The translations under genes and the position numbers were made by a program. From assembly GCA_009777735.1 (NCBI GenBank), contig WRLF01000015.1, positions 1,135 through 65,134 of the forward strand: a DNA stretch of 64,000 nucleotides. Direction: 5' to 3'. Every line of letters begins with the position of its first letter. The stretch's first letter is position 1. The notes beneath the pieces were generated by a model. The model worked only from the letters and a program-made list of their open reading frames with translations, had not been told where the DNA came from and searched no databases. Positions 56,736 through 64,000 of this stretch are shown piece after piece. Source of the DNA: Treponema sp. Its GTDB lineage: Bacteria; Spirochaetota; Spirochaetia; Treponematales; Breznakiellaceae.

Positions 56736-58757
56736 ATGCTGAATGAATATAATTGCTGGGTGCAGGAGCGGCTTGTTGAAAAGCCTGAAAATATAGTTCT
56801 GGATACCCTGTTTACCCAAAAAGGCGGCGAAATTGCTGTTCAGGCTGCCGAAGAATTCCGCATCGGCATTAAGCGGCTGCTGGGATTTTCTCCCGCAGTT
56901 TTCCCCCTTGCAACGGACGCAGCAGAGAACGCAAGTTCTAAACCAGGTGTGTATTTGAGCGTTGCATCCGCAGGAAACCATGCCGCCGGCGGTTTTACCA
57001 TTAAAACTGCGCAAGGCAGCCTGTTCATTGCCGGACAGGACGAGGCGGGGCTTTTGTACGGTGTTTTCCATTTTCTTTCCCTGCTTGCACAGGGCTGGCC
57101 TAAAGGCTGGCCTAAAGGCCTTGCAGGAAGCAGCCTTGACATCACGGAAAAACCGGCTTCTCCACTGCGGATGATCAACCACTGGGACAACCTCGATGGC
57201 ACTATCGAGCGGGGTTATGCGGGACCTTCCATCTTTTTCCGGGACAACCGTTTTGATTACGATAAAGGCCGTATACACGACTATGCCCGCCTGCTTGCCT
57301 CGCTTGGCATTAACCGCATTTCCATTAACAACGTCAATGTCCGCGCTGCAGCAAAACTCCTTATTAGTGATGAGTATCTCGGCGATGTTGCCGCCCTTGC
57401 GGCGATCTTCCGTCCCTTCGGCATCAGACTTATGCTTTCCATAAATTTCGGCGCGCCCTGGTCGCTAGGCAAACTCCTCTCCGCCGACCCGCTGGATCCG
57501 GCCGTTGCCGCCTGGTGGAAAGAGCGGGCAGACAGTATCTACCGCGCCATTCCCGACCTTGCCGGCTTTGTGGTAAAAGCCGATTCCGAAGGTGAGCCGG
57601 GACCGTTCCAATACGGCCGCAGCCATGCGGACGGGGCGAATATGCTTGCAAAGGCGCTTAAGCCCCACGGCGGCGATGTTATCTGGCGTTGTTTTGTGTA
57701 CAACTGTACACAGGACTGGCGTGATCGGAGTTTTGACCGCGCCCGCGCCGCTTACGATCATTTCATGCCCCTGGACGGCGCTTTCGACAATAATGTGATC
57801 CTCCAAATAAAACACGGCCCTTACGATTTCCAGGTACGCGAACCGGTAACGCCTCTGTTCGGCGCTTTGCAAAAAACCCGGCACGTTATGGAACTGCAAA
57901 TCACCCAGGAATACACCGGCCACCAAATCGACCTGTGCTACCTTCCCTGGTTTTGGCAGGATATCATGGACTTTGACACCTCCGGCACCGAACATAACAG
58001 CCGAATCAAAGATATTGCCGGCTCTTCTCTTCTTGAAGGCTTTTCCGCCGTCGTTAATGTTGGGCGCGACCATAACTGGACCGGGCACACCCTTGCCCAG
58101 GCAAACCTGTATGGCTATGGCCGCCTTGCCTGGAACCCCGGGTTAAGCGCTCAGGAAATCGCCCGTGAATGGAGTGTTCTTTCCTTTGGCCCCGGCTCCG
58201 CGGCGGACACCGTTGCCAGCCTGCTGCTTGCATCCTACCCCGCAATGGAAAAGTACAACGCTCCTTTTGGCATTTGCTTCATGGTAACCACCCATACCCA
58301 TTACGGCCCAAACATAGAAGGCTACGAGTTCAGCCGTTGGGGTACGTACCACCGCGCCGATGCCCATGCCATAGGCATAGATCGCACTCAGACAGGAACC
58401 GGGTACACCGGTCAATACCCAGAGTCCAACGCTGCCATGTTTGCAGATCCAAAACTCTGTCCTGAAAACCTTCTCTTGTTTTTTCACCGCCTTCGCTACG
58501 ATTTTATCATGCACAACGGCGAAACCCTTTTACAGAACATCTATGACACACACTTTAAGGGCTACGATGAAACCGAATCCATGCTGGAAACATGGAAAAA
58601 TCTTAAACATTCGCTTTCTGCTGAAGTCTACCAGTCAGTCCTGTCACGTTTTGAACGGCAGCTTGAAAATGCACGTGAATGGCGTGACCAGATAAACACA
58701 TATTTTTATCGTAAAACCGGCATTGCCGACAAAAAAGGCAGAAAAATTTATGAATAG
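56736..58757 (+). CDS. aguA: GH67 alpha-glucuronidase
   Basis: RMINHWDNLDGTIERGYAG, INNVN, VKADSEGEPGP, WRCFVY, DFQVREP, ELQITQEYTG. Confidence 0.93.
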   Translation: MLNEYNCWVQERLVEKPENIVLDTLFTQKGGEIAVQAAEEFRIGIKRLLGFSPAVFPLATDAAENASSKPGVYLSVASAGNHAAGGFTIKTAQGSLFIAGQDEAGLLYGVFHFLSLLAQGWPKGWPKGLAGSSLDITEKPASPLRMINHWDNLDGTIERGYAGPSIFFRDNRFDYDKGRIHDYARLLASLGINRISINNVNVRAAAKLLISDEYLGDVAALAAIFRPFGIRLMLSINFGAPWSLGKLLSADPLDPAVAAWWKERADSIYRAIPDLAGFVVKADSEGEPGPFQYGRSHADGANMLAKALKPHGGDVIWRCFVYNCTQDWRDRSFDRARAAYDHFMPLDGAFDNNVILQIKHGPYDFQVREPVTPLFGALQKTRHVMELQITQEYTGHQIDLCYLPWFWQDIMDFDTSGTEHNSRIKDIAGSSLLEGFSAVVNVGRDHNWTGHTLAQANLYGYGRLAWNPGLSAQEIAREWSVLSFGPGSAADTVASLLLASYPAMEKYNAPFGICFMVTTHTHYGPNIEGYEFSRWGTYHRADAHAIGIDRTQTGTGYTGQYPESNAAMFADPKLCPENLLLFFHRLRYDFIMHNGETLLQNIYDTHFKGYDETESMLETWKNLKHSLSAEVYQSVLSRFERQLENAREWRDQINTYFYRKTGIADKKGRKIYE

Positions 58758-58764
58758 GTGATGC

Positions 58765-61290
58765 ATGAAAATAAAAACCTCTCTCGCATTGTCCTTTGCT
58801 TTACCCTTTACCATTATGGGAACAGCATTTGCCCTTCACGGGGTGTACCCTTTTGGCAACAGACAAATGCTGGCAGGAGATTTATATCATCAGCATTACC
58901 CTTTCCTCAATAACTTCTGGCATCAACTCAGAGAAGGCACTATCGGGTCCTGGTCATGGGCCGCAGGCGGCGGTCACGATTATGTGGCACTCTTTGCTTA
59001 TTACCTGGCAAGCCCGCTGTATCTGTCGGCTGTCCTGGCGCCGCATTCCTGGCTGCGTGAAATAATGACGCTGCTCCTGCTGATAAAGATCGGCTGCGCG
59101 GGACTGTTTACCGGCATATTTTTACAGTATTCAAACCGGTCCGATCATCCGCAAATAGCCGGGGGAGAGTGTCAGATGCGAGTGGTCATACCGGTTTTTT
59201 CTGCACTCTATGCATTATGCGCCTATACGCAGGGGTATTATTCTCATATTTTATGGTTTGACAGTTTTGCACTGCTGCCCCTGGTCATGCTTGGTTTAAC
59301 AACGCTGATGAACGAAGGCAAGTACCGATTATATGTTATTTCTCTTGCCTTAGCTGTATTTACAAATTATCACATAGGATTTTTTATTTGTGTTTTCATA
59401 GTTATAATTTTTTTCAGTCAATACATTATTCAAAAATGGAATTATAAGGATTTCCTGCGTAAACTTGGTTTAATTACGGGTTATTCACTGCTGGCTGTCG
59501 GGATGACGGCAGTACTGCTCATTCCAACCTGGTTTGCCCTGCAAAACACATCTTTACAATTCTCTCCACCTTCCGAAGTGTTTTTATTCACCAGCTTTTT
59601 TAGTGTTCTGGGCAATTTCATCGCTTTCCAGCCGCCGACCATTTTTTATGGCCCGCCTAACCTGTACAGCAGTATGATAACTGTTTTGCTTGCTGGCCTG
59701 TTTGTTGTCTCTTCAAAAACTTCACGCCGGGAAAAAATAGTGCTTGCGGGAATCATTTTATTTCTGATTTTAAGTTTTAATATTAATGTACTCGAATATA
59801 TATGGAATGGTTTTAACTATGCCAGAGGGTCTCTCGCCCGTTATTCTTTTCTGTTAATCTTCCTGCTCGTTGTCATGGCATACCGGGCATTTGTATACAC
59901 CGAAAATACAAGCCGGAAAAACTTCCCGGTTATGGGAATAAGCGCTGCGCTGTTTCTGCTGGCAGCGGTGTTTGGTTCTCAGGAAATGAGTACCATTATT
60001 GGCAGCGCTGTTTTATGCGCTGTTTATATACTGCTGTTATTTATTAAGAGCAAAGGAACAGGCAGAGTACAGAGGTTCATGGTAAATGCGGTTTTCCTGG
60101 TAATAGTGGCAGAACTTTTAATCAGTTCATGGATCGGCATCAAGACAAACGGCACAACCGGCAGAGATGAATTTCCCGGGCATTATGAACACATACAGGA
60201 ACTTTTAGAACTTCGCCGGCCTGCCGGAGTTAATTATTACCGGACAGACATTAACTATGCTAATGGTTTAAACAGCTCATTTTTATATCATTATAACGGG
60301 ATTTCAATGTATTCTTCTACAGTTAATATCAATGCAGCCGGATTTATGCAGAGACTTGGACTGCTTGGGTATGACAGAAACTTTTATTACAGCGATATAA
60401 CACCTTTGCTAAATGCTTTCTTTAATATACGTTATGTAATTAGTACTGACGGTTCTCTGAAAGATAACGGTATCTATTGGGAACCTGCCGGAGAATCCGG
60501 AGACGTGCTGATGCTTGAGAACAAATACTATTTGCCACTGGGTTTTATGGTAAAAGAAAATCTAACCGGTTATGTTAATCAAAATGACAACCCTTTTTCC
60601 GCACAAAACGATTTGTTCAGCAGGGCAACCGGGCTTAATGACAACCTGTTTACGATAACAAATATAACTAATACTCCCGCCCAAACAGGCAATATAAACG
60701 GCGATAACTTTCTGTTCTGGAATTACACAATGCCGTCCAATGGCATGCTATACGTTTATATTGAAAATGATACAGACATACAGCCGGGCGTTTTTGTCAA
60801 TGGCGTTTTTCTTGACTACATCTTCATCCCTGATTTTTATATATCTAACCTTACTGCAGTTGGTTTACTTGCCCAGGGAGATATTATTACATTCACCGTC
60901 AAGGAAGGAATCGATTTTTTAATGTACGCAGGCCATTTTGATTCAGCTCTTTTTGGACAAGGTTATGCGCAACTGGCCTCCCAACCATTGACTCTGACAC
61001 ATTTTTCCAACACACTGGTAAAAGGCCATGTAACGGCTCATGAAGACGGTTTGCTGTACACCTCTATTCCCGGAGATCGGAACTGGAGTGTGTATGTGAA
61101 CGGCGTAAAAAATGATATTGTACTGATAGACAACGCTATGGCAGCTGTCCGTCTAAATCAGGGTACTCATGAGATAGAGTTCAGGTATTTTAACCGGAGT
61201 TTTCTTGCAGGAATTATCATAAGCCTTGCCTCGCTGGCAATTTTTGCAGTGTTGATATGGGTTAAAAGGTTTCAGGTAACAGGCAGATGA
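58765..61290 (+). CDS. YfhO family membrane protein (putative GT-C glycosyltransferase), copy 1
   Basis: D...Q.YPF, AYYLASP, multiple TMs, EN.YYLPLGF, LYTSIP.D..W.VYVNG. Confidence 0.85.
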   Translation: MKIKTSLALSFALPFTIMGTAFALHGVYPFGNRQMLAGDLYHQHYPFLNNFWHQLREGTIGSWSWAAGGGHDYVALFAYYLASPLYLSAVLAPHSWLREIMTLLLLIKIGCAGLFTGIFLQYSNRSDHPQIAGGECQMRVVIPVFSALYALCAYTQGYYSHILWFDSFALLPLVMLGLTTLMNEGKYRLYVISLALAVFTNYHIGFFICVFIVIIFFSQYIIQKWNYKDFLRKLGLITGYSLLAVGMTAVLLIPTWFALQNTSLQFSPPSEVFLFTSFFSVLGNFIAFQPPTIFYGPPNLYSSMITVLLAGLFVVSSKTSRREKIVLAGIILFLILSFNINVLEYIWNGFNYARGSLARYSFLLIFLLVVMAYRAFVYTENTSRKNFPVMGISAALFLLAAVFGSQEMSTIIGSAVLCAVYILLLFIKSKGTGRVQRFMVNAVFLVIVAELLISSWIGIKTNGTTGRDEFPGHYEHIQELLELRRPAGVNYYRTDINYANGLNSSFLYHYNGISMYSSTVNINAAGFMQRLGLLGYDRNFYYSDITPLLNAFFNIRYVISTDGSLKDNGIYWEPAGESGDVLMLENKYYLPLGFMVKENLTGYVNQNDNPFSAQNDLFSRATGLNDNLFTITNITNTPAQTGNINGDNFLFWNYTMPSNGMLYVYIENDTDIQPGVFVNGVFLDYIFIPDFYISNLTAVGLLAQGDIITFTVKEGIDFLMYAGHFDSALFGQGYAQLASQPLTLTHFSNTLVKGHVTAHEDGLLYTSIPGDRNWSVYVNGVKNDIVLIDNAMAAVRLNQGTHEIEFRYFNRSFLAGIIISLASLAIFAVLIWVKRFQVTGR

Positions 61291-63848
61291 AAATAAAAAC
61301 CTCTCTTGCTTTATCATTTATTTTTCCCTTCACCATTATGGGAACGGCATTTGCACTTCAAGGTGTATTTCCTTTTGGCAGCATGCAAATGGTGGTTGGA
61401 AACAGTCAAGAACAGTATTACCCTTTTCTCAGTAACTTCTGGCATTCATTCAGAGAAGGTTCAGCCGCACCCTGGTCATGGACTGCCGGTGCAGGTTTTG
61501 ATTATACGGCGTTTTTTGCCTATTATCTGGCAAGCCCGCTGAACATATTGGCTGTCCTGGCGCCTCATGCCTGGCTGCGCGAAGTGATGGCACTGATCCT
61601 GCTCGTAAAGATTGGCTGCGCGGGACTGTTTACCGGTCTGTTTCTGCGGTATATAGTCCGGTATGACAACCCGCAACTGAAGCTCTCCTCTGACCAATTG
61701 CGGGTGAGCATACCGGTTTTTTCGTCATTTTATGCGTTAAGCGCTTTTACGCTTGGCTATTACTCCCATATTATCTGGTTCGACAGCTTTGCGTTGCTGC
61801 CCCTGGTCATGCTGGGCCTAATGGCGCTGATGAACGAAGAAAAGTACCGGTTATACGTCATTTCTCTTGCGTTAGCGGTTTTTACGAATTTTCTCATTGG
61901 ATTCTATATATGTATTTTTATCGCAATAACATTTTTCTGCCAATGTATTATTCGAAAATATACTCACGGGTATTTTCTTCGCAAACTTGGCTTACTTGCG
62001 GCGTATTCGGCACTGGCTGTCGGAATGACGGCGGTACTTTTAATCCCAAGCTCGTTTGCCCTGCAAAATACATTTTTACAAAACTCTGCACCCCTGTCCG
62101 AAACATTTGCCTTACACAGTTTTTTTGATATTATAGGCAATTTTATCGCATTCCAGCCGCCTACAATTTTGCACGGTCTGCCCAACCTGTACAGCGGCAT
62201 GATTACCGTCTTGTTTACCGGCCTGTTTTTTTCCTCTCCGAAATTTGCATTCCGTGAAAAGATAGTGCTTACGGGAACATTTGTTTTTCTGTTGATAAGC
62301 TGCAATATTAACATACTGGAATATATGTGGAATGGATTTAATATTCTAAGAGGGTTTCCATCCCGTTACTCCTTCCTGATAAGCTTCCTGCTTGTTGTCA
62401 TGGCATTCCGGGCATTTGTTTCCGGCGATACCATAGGCCGGCGGAGCTTGTTCGTCATGGGAATAAGCGCCGCATTGATTCTGCCGGCGGCGGCATTTGG
62501 TTCCCAGGAAAAAACCGCTGTCATCGGCAGCACTGTTTTGTGTGTCATGTATATAATGGTATTGCAATTTTTTAAGGGTAAGAGTACAGGCAGAACACAA
62601 CGGTTAATAACAGCGGCGTTTTTCCTGATGATGTTAACAGAACTTTCTGTCAGTACGTGGATCGGCGTCGGCACTAACGGTACAACTGACAGGGACGATT
62701 TCCTTGACCATTATAAACAGACCCAGTCTCTTTTGGAACTTCTTGAGCCTGCAGGAGATAATTTCTATCGGACAGATAGTTATCGTATGCAGACATTTAA
62801 TGACCCGTTATTGCATCATTACAATGGGATTACTTTTTATTCTTCCATAACAACAAGTAATTTTGCCCAATTTATTCAAGGGTTAGGGCTTGATATTGGG
62901 GAGAACCATTATACTTACCACGAAACAACCCCTCTGTTCAACGCTTTTCTTGCCATGCGTTATGTTATGAGCCTTGAAGGTTATCACATAGGCGATAACT
63001 ACTGGGGACTGGCCGGCATAGCCGGTAATATGCTTCTGCTGGAAAACCATTATTATCTGCCCCTGGGTTTTATGGTAAATGAGGAACTGTCTGCTTATAA
63101 AAGTCAGCATGACATTCCTTTTTCCGCACAAAACGATTTATTCAATAAAGCAACGGGGCTAGAAGGCAGTTTGTTTACCGTTACAAATGTTACTGAAGCT
63201 CCTCCTGACCGGATACATAGCAGTGCCGGCAGCAGTTTTCTTTCCTGGGATTATTCCGTTCCCTTCGATGGACCGCTGTATATTTGTGCAAGAAGAGATT
63301 ATGAATTCAGGATAGAAATTTTTGTAAATGATACTTTTATTGGCAGCATGTTCATTCCCGAATTTGGTTTTTACAGGTTAATAGGAAATTTTACCCATGG
63401 TGACAGGATTACATTCTCTGTTCCGGGAGAAGACCCGGTATTACTTTATTCCGGTATTTTTAACGAAAACCTCTTTGAACAGGGCTACACGCGACTGGCC
63501 TCCCAGCCGCTGACTCTGACACATTTTACCAACACACTGGTAAAAGGCCATGTAACGGCTTATGAAGACGGTTTACTGTACACATCTATTCCCGGAGACA
63601 GGAACTGGAGCGTGTATGTGAACGGTGTAAAAAGTGATATTATTTTGATTGACAATGCAATGACAGCTGTCCATTTAAGCCGGGGTACTCATGAAGTTGA
63701 GTTCCGGTATTTTAACAGGAGTTTACTTGCGGGAATCTTCGTAAGTCTTACATCGCTGATAATATTCACGGTTTTCTTAATAAAATCCCCCTTCTCTCCT
63801 CATCCATCAACTAAGAAACCCTCCAAGCATGGAAAAAAGCGTTTATAA
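61287..63848 (+). CDS. YfhO family membrane protein, copy 2
   Basis: Collinear paralog of copy 1; ATGA overlap. Confidence 0.85.
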   Translation: MKIKTSLALSFIFPFTIMGTAFALQGVFPFGSMQMVVGNSQEQYYPFLSNFWHSFREGSAAPWSWTAGAGFDYTAFFAYYLASPLNILAVLAPHAWLREVMALILLVKIGCAGLFTGLFLRYIVRYDNPQLKLSSDQLRVSIPVFSSFYALSAFTLGYYSHIIWFDSFALLPLVMLGLMALMNEEKYRLYVISLALAVFTNFLIGFYICIFIAITFFCQCIIRKYTHGYFLRKLGLLAAYSALAVGMTAVLLIPSSFALQNTFLQNSAPLSETFALHSFFDIIGNFIAFQPPTILHGLPNLYSGMITVLFTGLFFSSPKFAFREKIVLTGTFVFLLISCNINILEYMWNGFNILRGFPSRYSFLISFLLVVMAFRAFVSGDTIGRRSLFVMGISAALILPAAAFGSQEKTAVIGSTVLCVMYIMVLQFFKGKSTGRTQRLITAAFFLMMLTELSVSTWIGVGTNGTTDRDDFLDHYKQTQSLLELLEPAGDNFYRTDSYRMQTFNDPLLHHYNGITFYSSITTSNFAQFIQGLGLDIGENHYTYHETTPLFNAFLAMRYVMSLEGYHIGDNYWGLAGIAGNMLLLENHYYLPLGFMVNEELSAYKSQHDIPFSAQNDLFNKATGLEGSLFTVTNVTEAPPDRIHSSAGSSFLSWDYSVPFDGPLYICARRDYEFRIEIFVNDTFIGSMFIPEFGFYRLIGNFTHGDRITFSVPGEDPVLLYSGIFNENLFEQGYTRLASQPLTLTHFTNTLVKGHVTAYEDGLLYTSIPGDRNWSVYVNGVKSDIILIDNAMTAVHLSRGTHEVEFRYFNRSLLAGIFVSLTSLIIFTVFLIKSPFSPHPSTKKPSKHGKKRL

Positions 63849-64000
63849 GGTAATTTACATTGCTTTGCAACCGATCAAAGTGTGTCCTATGAGCTTACCA
63901 ATGACGAACCCCTCAGCACGAATAAAAACCTACATAACCAGGAATGTTTGGTATTATTTTGCTATAAATACCGGATATTAAATTGAAAGGCAATGTAAAT

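Noticed and set aside
57093-57119. 12-nt tandem duplication (GWPKGWPKG) in GH67
   Set aside because: In-frame local slippage in a variable linker; no functional signal.
1-64000. tRNA, rRNA, integrase or transposase genes
   Set aside because: None recognised by eye; tRNAscan-SE/Infernal would be needed to exclude them formally.

Overview
Bacterial chromosomal window, most plausibly from an anaerobic, acetogenic spirochaete (termite-gut Treponema/Breznakiellaceae-like; this is inferred from gene content and lipoprotein/beta-barrel style, not established). Left to right: (1) the end of a Wood-Ljungdahl operon (cooC/acsF fragment, acsB). (2) A glucuronoxylan-utilisation region: surface GH30 lipoprotein, three tandem outer-membrane beta-barrel paralogs, a sugar ABC transporter, GH3, a CE6-like esterase and AraC, with GH67 far downstream. 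(3) A nitrogen/glutamine super-cluster: guaA-pyrG-hisH-hisF, gdhA, an ANTAR regulator beside a type I glnA, argG-argH-fumAB-mae-purL-gatAB, and a type III glnA. ANTAR-type hairpin/terminator leaders precede argG and GSIII. (4) An AT-rich accessory island (about 45.8-53.1 kb) built around a WYL regulator. (5) Two tandem YfhO-family genes. The best novel signal is four copies of a 25-bp palindrome, TG-N4-ATCAY-N3-RTGAT-N4-CA, each exactly 7 nt upstream of a -10 hexamer. They precede the WYL gene itself (leaderless) and three island genes, suggesting an undescribed WYL regulon. Several small repeat families also occur, including one that brackets a UDG-like gene and is inserted in-frame in purL.
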